From positions 1 through 35,498 of the forward strand of contig ADNK01000527.1 of the NCBI GenBank assembly GCA_000320545.1: a stretch of 35,498 nucleotides of DNA. Direction: 5' to 3'. Origin of the DNA: Bigelowiella natans CCMP2755. Its lineage: Eukaryota; Protista; Cercozoa. A model generated the notes under the pieces. It did no database searches and was not told the origin of the DNA. It saw nothing but the letters and a program-made list of their open reading frames with translations. This document shows positions 1-12,289 of the stretch, piece after piece (within the stretch, counting starts at the first letter, position 1; every line of letters starts with the position of its first letter). A program made the translations under genes and the position numbers.

Positions 1-44
1 GTGTGGTGTGTTGATCTTATCCCCCCCCCAACTTAATTTCTTAG

Positions 45-614
45 GAGTTCTTCGAGATGAAGCAGATTATGAATGAGGACGATGAAGACACTACACACCT
101 AACTGCATCCGAGTACAGCAAGCACAAGGATGGGCGAGATCGATTGTCGTAAGTGGAAGAAGAACAAGAACAAGAGAAAGAAGAAATAGGAAAACTCCAC
201 CTTATTTCCACCTTAGCCCTCTTTCAACTGTTACTATAATCTGAGCACTACTACTACTACTACTACTACTACTACAGGAAGTTCATGGAGCGTTTCAATA
301 AGATGCTGCAAAACGTGCAGCCGAGGGGCCGCGTTCACTCCGGTTTCTACGCTGCGTGGACATCGGTCGTCACTTCCATGTGCTGCTTCGCGTCCATTGT
401 TTTCATTGACCTTTCGCATTGCAGATGGTGGTGGAGACGCGGCTGTTTGCATGCTGCTGTTCAGCGACACCGTCGTCGTCTTCCTCACCGTTGACCGCTA
501 GCCCATCACTGACATGTTCCTCTTCTCATCTAAGGTTCGCGATGAGGTTCTTCAAGTGGTGCAGCAGCAGCTCAAGGAAATGGTCGAGATGATAACGATC
601 ATAGTGATGATAAC

Positions 615-649
<35 letters not shown>

Positions 650-680
650 CTTTTCTTGAGCCGAGATCTGTGGAGTCTCT

Positions 681-723
<43 letters not shown>

Positions 724-1006
724 CATTTTCTCTTTCTGCCTCCTCTTAGTACGCATTTTGTTTTGATCCGCATCATCATCATAGCCAGAGCTATCATCAT
801 CGTCGTCGTCGTCATCGTCGCCACCTTCATCGTCACCCTTATCGTCTTAATTTCTCTTGTATGATAGTTAAAATCTATATGTCATCATCGTCGTCGTCGC
901 CATTTTACCTCAGAAATCAAAAGAGCCCTTGGTCATCTGCACTGGACATTCGTTGGGAGGTGATGTGAGTGCGGTGTGTGTTATTGGTGTACTTACGCGC
1001 GCGCAC

Positions 1007-1037
<31 letters not shown>

Positions 1038-1845
1038 CGCGCACTCACATCTCTCCTTGTTCTGATGCTGCTCTTTCTCAGGTGCACTGGCGACGTTTTG
1101 CGCGTATGAGCTGCGTGCGAAGCTGCTTCTGAATAGCGTCCACATGTACAACTACGGGAGCCCCAGGGTATGTTGCATCATCACCATCATCATCATCATT
1201 GTCTGCCATTTCCGATGCTGTCATTTACCATTTACCAACCCATAGCAAGAGACTTCAATACCACATATCAAGCATAGGGGGGGGGAAGGAGAAACGGACA
1301 GGCAGAAAGAGACTCAAGACTCATACAGACGCACGATGCCGTCGTATTATCGTCGTCCATCTTGTATATTGTGACTTCGTGTTGCATGCATGGTTGGATG
1401 CTGCAGGTCGGCAATCCCGAGTTCCGCAAGGCGTACAACTCTATGGTACCGGATAGCTTCCGGGTGAGATCGATCGACGACGTCTCAACCGACTACAAAT
1501 TGATTGATTGCCTCGCGTAGTCGTCGTCCCTATCGTCGCCACCACCATCATCATCATCATCATCGTCATCATCGTCATCAATCACCTCACATCAGGTTAT
1601 CTATGATCGTGATATCGTCCCCACGGTTCCGGCCACCTTGTTCTTCTGCTGCTGCATGTACAGGCACGTTGGCAGAGAGGTCGTCTTGTGCGCTGCTGCG
1701 CTATGACATTGCCGTTGCTGCTGCTGCTGCTATCGCTGATATGAAGATGGGGCACACGCAAACCACACCCTCACTGAAGGAGCATGCTCAGTAGTACCAA
1801 TAGCACACAAATACACACACACAAACACAAAAACACATAATATTG

Positions 1846-1920
<75 letters not shown>

Positions 1921-3831
1921 TATAACGTCCACCAGGTTGTTATTGATGGGTACGGGAACATCGTTTGCGACCCCTCTCACGTGGAGAGAGCAATGAGGTA
2001 GTCCACCTGCTAGTACCATAGCAGCTTGCCACACTACGACACCACTTGTGTCATATCGAGGAAGAACTGGAAAATGCTCGTTGTAAAAGCCTGTTTCACG
2101 TCGTTTTGAAGAACCATTTCTCCACCTCCCCCCTCCTCGATATAATATCATGAAAGCTGAGCTTCCTTCCCCCCCACCTCTTACTTTCGTTGCTTTGCTT
2201 TGCGCTTCGGCGTGATTAGATCGACAAGGGGTGTCTCCATCAACGATCATCTTCTTTCAAACTACGAGGAGGTACAGCTAGAAGCATCGGCTTATGAAGT
2301 CGATGAAGAGCTGGCTGCTCTCCACTGCCGTCGTCGTCGCGATCCTTGTCGTCTCGCACCTCCCTTTCCTTTCCTTCTCCTCCTCCTCCTATGTATGGTT
2401 CATCCTGCAGCCAAATCCCCATATCCTCCTCTCACGAACCTTCTACAAACGCACATACGAAGAAGAAGAAGAAGAAGAAGAAGAAGAAGAAGCTTATTTG
2501 CCCTTGTCTGTATCACCAAATCTCCATCATAATCGTTCCTTCTCTCCTCAATATTATCATCCCCATCCTCGATCATTCATCGCGGTTACTGATAGATGCT
2601 TGCTGCATGCGCGAACCTCTCCCCCCCCCCCCCCCCCTCTCTCTCTCCCTCCCTTCCTCCTGTTCTACTTCTCCCCCTTCAAATTCCTCCTGTGTCAGGG
2701 CATCAATCTTGCGTGTGTTAAATATGGATTTGGGTACCGGAGGTTTTTCTGGAAGCCGCGGATTCTGACTCGGGTAATATGAATATATTGATAGGAAGTG
2801 GAAGGGGGAGGAGAGGGGGGGGTGATAGTGCACTGCTGCTGCTGCTGCTGCTGCTGGAGATATTCGATACGAAACTTCCCCGCTTTCATATTTATATGTG
2901 TGTATATATACACACGTATATAAGTGTGTATATAAATATGTGTTATCTAAATATATTTGTGTGTATTTCTATGCGTGGTGTGTGCCTACCCAGTCTCACT
3001 CGAGGATGGTGGCGGAGGACTTACAATCCGTGGTGGTTCATGATTACGAGTCACGCCGCGCTAGCACGGCGGAGTGGCGGGGGTCGGACGCAAAGCACGG
3101 CAGAATTTCATCCGAGATACAACTAGAGGCAGCGCCGGAGAAGGAGAACGCCGAGGGAGGGGGCGGCGGTAGCGTGACACTATCCGATGTGACTTTCCTA
3201 CTGCCCCAAGAAGCGTCCGATGTGAAGGCAGCGACAGCAGGTTGCTGCTGCTGCTGCTGCTGCTGCCACTGCTTAGACCTCCGCTCATCTTTTATCTATA
3301 AATTATCTAATTCGTGTCGCTGTCGTCGTCGTCATCGTCATCGTCGTTGTCGTCAATCACACGAGTAGGCAGTGGCAATGTAGTCGTTGTGGGAGGAGGA
3401 GGAGGAGGAGAAGGAGGGGGGGGGGGGCAAGGCGATGTCAAAAGCACCGAAGAAAAAGTGCGGCAGCAGCAAGACGAGCAGAAGAAGGTGCCATTCACCA
3501 GGCACATCGTCCCCGCTGAATACGGCAGCATCACTGAGGACCAGAAACAGAGGCAGCGGAAAGGAGCAGCCCCCTTCGGAGCCCTTCCCCCCATTCCACA
3601 GGATGCTGCTGCTGCTGCTGAATCAAACCAGCACCGACGCTACCAAAGCGCTGGCATGAGGCTTGTGAGCGAGAGAAGGCAGCACGGCGACACCGGGATG
3701 AGAGGAAGAAACCCGCTCGAGACGACCGCGTCAGCTGATATCAGGGTAACGTCGTTAAAATGACCACGCGTGTGTCTTCATCATTTGTTTACTTATTCTT
3801 GCGCGTTTCCTGTCGTTTGAGATCAACTCAG

Positions 3832-3870
<39 letters not shown>

Positions 3871-4033
3871 TCAGTATTTCAAGACTCCCGGGCAGATCGG
3901 GACTGGGGAGGATGCATCGTCGGTCTACGCAGGGCTTTCAAATGCTAAATGGCTGATGCAGGTAGCAGTAATAATAGTAATAATAATAATAACGCTTATA
4001 TAATAACTGTGTTCCGCATGCAAGTATATCTTA

Positions 4034-4073
<40 letters not shown>

Positions 4074-4464
4074 TGCTTCGAATTGGGCAATACGACTTTC
4101 TTTGATATCATCCCCCCCCTCTTCCTCTTCTTCCTCTTCTTCTTCTTTCTTCTTCGCTGCTGTTGTGATGTTCATTCGTCCCCAAGGACCTCAAGTTGCC
4201 AGAGCTCAAGATGCCTGAATTGAAGATGCCGGAGCTTAAGATGCCCAAATTACCGAAAAGTATAAATATAAAGATGCCAAAGATGCCAAAAATGCCAAAG
4301 ATGCCAAAGAAATTGAATCTGAAGATGCCAAAGATACCGAAGAGATTGAATCTGAAAATGCCGAAGATGCCAGAACTAGCCTTCTTCAAAAAGACAAGGT
4401 GTGCCCTGCTGCTCTTTGTCCGGTGTTTCACTCTCTCGCTCTCTTTCTCTTTCTTTCTGTCTCT

Positions 4465-4504
<40 letters not shown>

Positions 4505-4862
4505 TTAAAAGTGTGCACGAGAATCTTTGTGTGGTGACATTGCTTGCTCATCTTCTTTTCACAATACGTCGCTCGTCGTTGTTATTGTCATTATTGTCAT
4601 CATCATCAAATTGATGATTCTTCTGCAGTGGCGAGTTCAATTCCAATTCGTTGTAATTGTTACCACGATTCTACAACTGCTACTGCTACTGCTACTGCTA
4701 CAGCTACTACTACTGCTGCTGCTACTACTACTTTTTTACTAGTAGTTATTGTCTACCCTTTATTATAATTGTTGGCCAAGCATGCAGTGATAGTATACTG
4801 CGTTATTCAGGAAGAAAAGATCCAATAGCCTTTCTGCTAGTGAAAGGTTAGTGCCCGCCCCC

Positions 4863-4898
<36 letters not shown>

Positions 4899-6148
4899 AC
4901 ATTTCTCCTTCAATGATTGCTATTACTTGTAATGTCCACAGGCCGAAAAGAGGGTCGGAGGGAGGTAATCATAACGCATCAAACTAGTAGCAGTGTGTGT
5001 GACACCCGCATAAGGAAGAGGAGACCAGCATATATAATGGCGGATTGTGAAAATATGATGAATGGTGATGATGATGATGATGTCAAAAAAGAGGCCAGAT
5101 TTGTATTGAGGTCATAGGGTAGGACGCTGTGGTTGCGTAATACATACCTGCTTAACTGACACGTATACATCGACCTACGCACGCGCACACAGAAACACAC
5201 ACACACACACACACACACACTGACGCATGTGCATGCACTGACTTCTCCATATGCATAGGGAGCAAGGATAAGTCTCATGCGCAGAGCTTCAGCACTGCGG
5301 TGTGGCACCACCATTGTTATAGCTAATATTGTGTGTATGTGTGTGTGTGTGTGTGTCATCATGTGTTTGTAGTATGTGCGCGTGTTTCATGTGCGTGTTT
5401 GGGAGATATATTTGAATCCTGGCTCCTCCTCCTCCCCCTATTTGCCGTGTTGCACCAGGCATGTCCCGTTGTGACCGATTTGGATTCTAAGCAGCAGCTT
5501 GACATGTAAGTGCGTGCAGCGCCGAAGTCCGTAGTGATTAGAAGAGGGGGGCGGCATAAAGCAGCAGAGAGAACACAAAGAGGGGGTAACGAAGCCGGGG
5601 CGATTGTCGGGAGAGCGCGTATCGTTGATGACTCACTCCATTCGCACATGCATAGGAGTACGAAAGCGAGCGCCCCGAATATCTTGGCATGCACGCCGCG
5701 CCTGTCCACGCAATTACCCTCCGGCAGCAACAACAACGACGGCTACGAAGGTGACTATCAGAAAGAGAGGGAGAATCGACAAGCCGGCGCGAAAGAACTC
5801 GAAGCGAAGCAGGAAGGCATGGATGAGGCAGTACTTGACGAACATGGCGAGACGGGAGAAGGTGAGGCCGCTGGTGAGACGATCATGCCGATGGAAATCA
5901 GTGATAGTGTCCAACCCAGTAAGCAAGGCGCAGCTCCAACACCGCAGCAGAAGAGAGGGGGGGAGGAGGAAAATGCGCAGATTGGCAGAGAAGAGAGCAA
6001 GGGGGAAGGAAAGCAGCGCGTAGAACCACGAGTTACTCAAACATCGCCCATCAGCGATAATAGTCATGGGGGGGGGGCTGCTAGTAGTAACCATCTTCCG
6101 AATGACGCGCAAGAAAACGTACAGAACCAGCAGTCAAAGAGGATATGA
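45..6148 (+). CDS. Class 3 lipase (alpha/beta hydrolase) with long low-complexity C-terminal tail; multi-exon, 5' end outside window
   Basis: Hand-spliced GT-AG exons give ...QPRGRVHSGFYAAWTS|VRDEVLQVVQQQLKEM|KSKEPLVICTGHSLG|GALATFCAYELRAKLLLNSVHMYNYGSPR|VGNPEFRKAYNSMVPDSFR|VIYDRDIVPTVPATLFFCCCMYRHVGRE|VVIDGYGNIVCDPSHVERAM|RSTRGVSINDHLLSNYEE. These contain the lipase_3 motifs VHxGF, GHSLGG (split by intron 960-1081), YGSPRVG, DIVP and DH. Phase-compatible exons continue through about 2699-2773, 2993-3240, 3369-3745, 3875-3961, 4187-4398, 4811-4846, 4942-4964, 5259-5299, 5459-5505 and ~5581-6148 (TGA). The linkage of the tail exons is less certain than the catalytic core. Confidence 0.9.
615..720. 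repeat. Intronic microsatellites (GAT)n and (CT)n
   Basis: (GAT)n at ~615-649 and (CT)n at ~684-720; representative of many such tracts in the lipase introns. Confidence 0.95.
4187..4379 (+). repeat. Coding tandem repeat (LKMPE / KMP / LNLKMPK) in lipase tail exon
   Basis: The exon translates DLKLPELKMPELKMPELKMPKLPKSINIKMPKMPKMPKMPKKLNLKMPKIPKRLNLKMPKMPEL. Synonymous variation between units (cct/ccg/ccc/cca, aag/aaa) supports coding status. Confidence 0.85.
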
Positions 6149-7237
6149 GACGAACAAAGGATGATAGTCTGCATACAGCTATGCCAGGTCGCTCCCAGGA
6201 ACCGATTCTTTGATCGATTAGGAGACTCTATTGTCATCGTCACTGGAGGGATAGAGAAATAATGAATCACTGCATCTGTCCTTGAAAGTATTTGATGAAA
6301 ACAATGAAATCAGCGAAAATAATGGATTGCCAGGATATGCATGCGACGCTCGCTACACTGGGATGCGTACACATGTTACCTTTGCTGCGCTATGTGCTGC
6401 GTGTTCGTTGGCAAGTGCGCGAGAGGCGAGAGAGAGACGGGTCGCGGATGGATGTGCACACATGCTATCATTATGAGCTGACGCACAACAACACGCGCCT
6501 GTGTGGGCAGCGCATAACGCATCAAAATCGTCTGGCTAGCGCTAGCTAGAATTGCGTTTCAAGTCGCTCGATTCTTAAGTGTGAGTCCGCACCAGAGATG
6601 CTGCCCTTAGCTGTGTCAAAGGTGCATGTCAATGCCTCATGTGGCAGACACGCAGAATAGAGGTGTTGCATAGTAAATCTAGAAATAATGGCTGAAACAC
6701 ACGAGGCGGCGATGCAATGAAAAATAAAAAAAAAAATCCAATGGCGGCCATCCTACTAGCTGATGTAGCTTTGCAAAGTTCATGCTGTTTCGTGTGAATA
6801 TATCACAAACAACAATGTACATCGCGCCGTGCGCGCACAACATGCCGCAGTCGATGTATCCATCAGACTGCACAATCACATGCGTAATGTGGCTATAGCG
6901 AGCGGGTGCAAAAGTTTATATGCCAATTTCTTCATGGGTTTTGATGCGATGTATGTGTTGTTAGCGTTTGACACGCACGGCTGGCGAAGTTGCGCACATC
7001 GCAGCATCGGTGCGGTATTTCGTATTTCGAATTGCACGTCGAATCTTTGGAAATAAATGATGAGCGCGTCAGGAAACAAATGATAAATCAATAATGTTGG
7101 CGCGAGTGTGACATATGACCATCCGTCCTGTGCTCTTCTGCAGCATGTGACGGACATTTCATCGTCAAACATCGTTGGTAGGGTCTCCCTCCTTCTTTTA
7201 CCGCTCACCCGGCATGTGGGAACGCAGGCAGCACACC

Positions 7238-8434
7238 TTAAGCACAAACCGTCGCTTTGATGTTCAGTCTCTGCAAAACGGTCCCCACATCCGCCTCAGG
7301 GTTGAGGACATTCCACTTGATCGTGTCCTTCTGCACGTCGGGAAAGTGGTGCATCCAGTAGTCTATGAACCGGTCAAACACGTCCGATCGGGTGAAGTAG
7401 AAGTTGTCCCTTTGGGCGAGGAGCGCACACGCACAACGGTTGCATACGGTGGGTAGGAAAACAACAACGCATATATAACACACACATATTACGAATCAGT
7501 CACGGGTTGTGAATATTCTACGATGCATAATGTAGTAATATTTGATAATGCTCACGTTTCTTGATTTGTGATGATTAAAAGACGCACAGGAACACACTCA
7601 CAACAATACAAATATATCCGCAGCTACAAGCAGTTGCGTTCTTGCTATACAAAAACTGATAATTCCGGCTTCTAGTACTACTGCCGCTGCTACTAGGAAC
7701 TACCCGCTATTTCCCTCCCAAGGCCGCCGGATCTGGAGATTGAAATGTATATGAACACGTATATATTCCAATCAACGAGAAGATTCAGTACTGTGAAGGT
7801 GGTTCCCACAATTCAATAGCATATTAGAAGAGAGTCGTCGAGTCATCGACCTGTCCATTTGGAAGCAAATTGCGCGGGAAATTTCCTCCGGGAACGTATC
7901 GCCCTATGCCGTATATCTGCACGCGAAAAAATCGATATCAGACACTCGAAGGGGGGGGGGGGGGGGGGGGGCGTTATAACGAATGATACTAACTACGCAT
8001 CGTTAAATTGGAGATGTCAACGGATTTGATGATAAGCGCTTGTTATATGCTGACATTAAATTAGTGATTAGTAGTGTTGCTGACCGTGTCGGGCTTGATT
8101 CCGGAGATGCAGCGGCGAAACTGACAAAAATTCATATTCCCCATAGACAGTGTCAAAGTGATGATGACTCCGTTCGATATTATGCTACTATATTTCCCTT
8201 GACCCTCTCCTGTCTCTTTACACTAAGGAGAGTCGAGGGGAAGAAGTCCAAGAGGAGGCAGCAGCCTTTAAATCACTCTCACGATGTTGTTCACTATACA
8301 GTATCAGTAGATACGGCAAGGGAAGACATGTCTGCTGTCAGGTCACTTCCGCCTGCACCCGAAGAAAGATTGAAGAAAAAGGCAAGCTTTGTTGGAACTA
8401 CTACGTCTTAGCTAGAATTTTCTTCCTCATCGTA

Positions 8435-8475
<41 letters not shown>

Positions 8476-8564
8476 CCCATTTTCTCAAGATTACGTTGGC
8501 AGGGGGCATCACATCCCCGTGTGCCGTGCGGTAGTAGTCGGGCCGGATTCGGATCGTCTGATGT

Positions 8565-8603
<39 letters not shown>

Positions 8604-9217
8604 TCATTAGGAGTCCTAGATAGTCGTTGTAGGCTACCACATCGTGGGCTGTTCCAAATCGCGCGTTGTGAGCCTATAATGAGTTGTTAAAATGATGATA
8701 TGCCTTTTTAAACAATTTGTAACTTGTCAAATCATCATGTAATGTCGCTTTCAAACGACGACGAACGTAGTGATTTGACTGCATCATCCTTGCTCAGACG
8801 GCGTGTGCGTGGGAACCATCACCATCAATATCATCACCATCATCATCATCATCATCGTTAAAATCATCGTTAGATATGAGAATCCGAATATTAGACGCAA
8901 GGGGCGCCGTACCCTTCTATTCATATTGGCGACGTAGAGAGCATACGGCACCTGTTTGAAGATGATAATGGTGATGACGATGATGATAATGATGATAATG
9001 ATGACAATATTATCCCACGTATATATGTGTGTGGAGGGAGGGAGGGAGGGAGGATGCTCTTGGAATAGTGGCGCGACGAGCCGTGACCGAATCATTGCTA
9101 CTATCGACGCTGTACTCAACTTCCTCTACTACTACTACCATCACCACCATCACCACCATCACCACCACCACGATACGACAGTTACCCACCATCATAGAGC
9201 CCTCGTAGGAAACACCT

Positions 9218-9261
<44 letters not shown>

Positions 9262-9458
9262 CTGATCATCGTCTTCTGGGTTCCTACTTGCTTCTCTCTC
9301 TCGACGGGCAGCTTGTGCCGATTTAACTAGCACTATTACCTCCTTTACCCCACTCCCTCGCAGAGTTAATGTTATTGAGATATTGTCTGTTAAAATATAT
9401 GTTGGGTATTAGTATTGTACATAAATATATACATAAATATATAAATGCTTGGGGTAAC

Positions 9459-9489
<31 letters not shown>

Positions 9490-9745
9490 AGCACGCACTA
9501 CTATGCACCTCTCGACGGTGATGCCTGTGCAGTTGAGTTCCCTGCAGAAGAAGTTCATGTCGGTCTCTTTGCCTGGAAGTAAAGAAAACAGTACTTAACG
9601 AAAGCAGTAGTTGCTCAATCCAAGAAGAAGAAGAAGAAGAAGAAGAAGAAGGAGAAGAGAAGGTTCAGATGAATCCGAGAGACGGTCGTTGTCGTCATCG
9701 ATCTCGTAGTAATCGTCTCTTTCATCTTTACACGGCGGTGACTAA

Positions 9746-9779
<34 letters not shown>

Positions 9780-9838
9780 AGTACCGAGGGAGGGCACTGC
9801 TGTGTTCCACGTTCGAGTAAGGAATTTCCTGAGCACGC

Positions 9839-9890
<52 letters not shown>

Positions 9891-9891
9891 C

Positions 9892-9934
<43 letters not shown>

Positions 9935-11838
9935 CAGGCATCTGCAAAAGAAGCACATATCCTCCTCACTCACTCGTATCTCCAGGTGTGTATGAAGAGG
10001 TCGCAGGTCTTGGCCTCCTCCCGACACTGACAACGACGATGGTCACGCAAAGTAAATAAGTGGGGGTGTGTGAGGCAGCGGGTCTCACGACGCAAAAGTT
10101 ATATTTTAGCGCGGCGGTCGTCGTGTGTGCACCTTCCCAAGAAATCCGCGGACGCTATCCAACCGGTTACCTAGTGTGTGTGTGGGGGGGGGGGGGGGAT
10201 GGCACAGACACCGAGCCAGGGTCACCTAATGACTGCTAAGGCACAAACACAATTTCTACTACTGTACTAGACACGGGGAGCGCATTCACGCAACAACCAA
10301 CCTTCTAGCGCCCCCCGCACGTGGCCAGTCATCAATAGAGCTACGCGGGTTTCGCACAGGGGTTTATCCTTCGGACATTTGCTACTTGCTAGCCGCAGCT
10401 CTTGCGGCGGCTCTGCGGCCTCCTTGGGATCTAAGAATGGAACCTGTTGTTTTTAAAATGCATTTTGTTGACTAAGCCATACCAACAGCGGTGGGGGATG
10501 ATAAATAAGAGAAAGAAAATAGGTGATGGAGAAGAGATCATTAGCATCCGAGAGGTGATGGACGCACAGGGCAGAGAAGGGGGGGGGACAAAGTAATGCA
10601 ACCTTAAAGTCGAAGGAGTCCGCAGAGTCTGTTGCTGCTGCCTTCGATGAAGGGGGAGAAGGAGATGAAGCGGAGGCTGCCTGCTCCACAATTAGGGTGA
10701 AGGGTATATATACCACACACATCACAACCGTAAGATGAACATATAGCCGATCGAAAACCAAATTCAAACTGGGAAATAAAGATACAAACTGTGTACGCAT
10801 GAGAAACGTCCACCACTTCTACTCACAGATAGAGGGGGCAGAAAGCTGGATTAGAGGAAAACATTCTCTGCACCTTAGTGGCTTCTTCTTTTCCTTCACC
10901 GTTGCTGCTACTGCAATCACAGTCTTTCTGAGCAGCGCACTCGGAGGTTTGCGAGGTGGTTATGACGGGAGCGAAGGAAGTTCTGCATCGGCAGTAGGTT
11001 AAACAAGCGATTCTCAGAATTTATGCCATTTGTGTCAAAGGAATATAGCCTTATGAAAGGGGAGGAGAGGACGGGGGGGGGGGGGGGACTTCGAGCAAAC
11101 AAGAAATATTTGCGAAACTGTTGACATTTCCAAAAGGCTGTTGCAAAAGAAAGCTTGGCAGGAGAAAGCACTATTCTCATCGCGTGACAAGTAACTTCGT
11201 TGCGAACAGTGTCTGTCGTACGGTTGCGTGTATGCGTGCATGCGTGTATGCGTGTGTGAGTGTGCCTCGGGAAGAGGGCAGAGAGTGAATAAGTAGTTCT
11301 CTGAAGACGAAATGTGGAATATCTATGGACCTATCCCCGCTTCCATCCACGAGAGCTCCTGGCTTGTGAACGATGTGCTGTTCTTCTCCTGCGAACACTT
11401 CGAAATCGCTGACTTTGATGGTATCGTAGAACAACTCGAGCGTGATGAGACCACAGACAATAAGTGCTATCGTGCGGAAATTGGCGAGATTTTTTAGAAC
11501 AGCTAGGATGCTCCTTGGAGACTTCGTTCCAGCTACTGCTCCCGCTGGCGTTGGGAGGCCAGAGGATGAGGGCGGACGGTTGAAAGTTGTGCGAAGAGGC
11601 GCAGTACCAGCTGGAGGCGACAACCTACCTGGACTTTCAGCAGAAGCCGTTCCCTGGGAAATCAGAGCACAGATACAGCGTTCAAATACATAGGCATGTG
11701 GCGTTTGTGCATGGATCCTGGAGGTACTGAATCTGTCGCTTGTCGCTCCGTGCATGCACTTCCCCTCCTTTCCACTCCCACACTCTCTCTCTCCCCGCAC
11801 AGAATTACCGCAGGGTCCGGCTTCCGAACTTCCTGCAT
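7238..11838 (-). CDS. Type II membrane, putative glycosyltransferase-like protein of an uncharacterised family; multi-exon, start uncertain
   Basis: Spliced exons give one TM segment (IALIVCGLITLELFY, ~11430-11475) and a Ser/Ala/Pro-rich stem. The catalytic-like part reads ETRVALLMTGHVRGALE|GNRLDSVRGFLGK|CREEAKTCDLFIHTWRYE ... GVSYEGSMM|VPYALYVANMNRR|AHNARFGTAHDV|TIRIRPDYY ... IRRPWEGNS|GDNFYFTRSDVFDRF...LNPEADVGTVLQRLNIKATVCA* (stop at 7238). The motif order (Alxx[ST]GxxR, DxFIHTW, DxxIRxRPD, DxF, PE) matches my recollection of a widespread uncharacterised GT-like family. Two junctions (~9800 and ~10600) could not be phased. Confidence 0.7.
9746..9928. repeat. Intronic microsatellites (CTG)n and compound (AT)n(GT)n(GA)n
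   Basis: Directly visible, flanking a small exon of the GT-like gene. Confidence 0.95.
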
Positions 11839-12289
11839 GACTACAGACAATCCTCTGTCCCCCCTCCGGATGGGAGATCGTCTCGATGGAAGTGATTGGG
11901 GGAGGAGGAGATAGTTCTCTCGCCAGTGTGTCGTTGGTTTCAACAGATGATCTGGAGATCACGTCATTGCGTCTTCGATTCGGACTGCGCGGCACGGAAA
12001 ATCTATTGTCGCAGCCATGTGTTGTCACAGTGAAAATCCTGGCTGCTTTTAGGGAAATTCTGAGCAGTTCATACCCAGTCGCTCCTGAGAAATGCAAGTC
12101 TGCACACTACAACGACAATTCTTTTTGGGTGTCGCAAAGAAGAAAAAGAAAATGGAGATGTTTCTTCTTCCTTCCGGTTTACTTTACATGTCGTACTGGT
12201 TGAAATCCTATGGGAAATCGCCTGTAAGATCACCTTTGCCGACATTTGAATTGTTCAAACCAGCTGTGGGCTGTGGGGGCGAAGCATCG

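Noticed and set aside
234-5362. Numerous six-frame ORFs with poly-M, poly-H, LSLS, CVCV or ERER tracts
   Set aside because: They are translations of intronic microsatellites that lack stop codons; the real coding sequence is the spliced lipase.
7735-7850. Possible in-frame TGA/TAA readthrough (selenoprotein or alternative genetic code) on the minus strand
   Set aside because: The segment is better explained as a GT-AG intron joining ...LLPNGQ to IRRPWEGNS in phase. All other genes read cleanly with the standard code.
7951-7971. Long G homopolymer as a G-quadruplex or regulatory element
   Set aside because: It is intronic and one of several poly-G/C runs; on the transcribed strand it is simply a pyrimidine tract near an acceptor.
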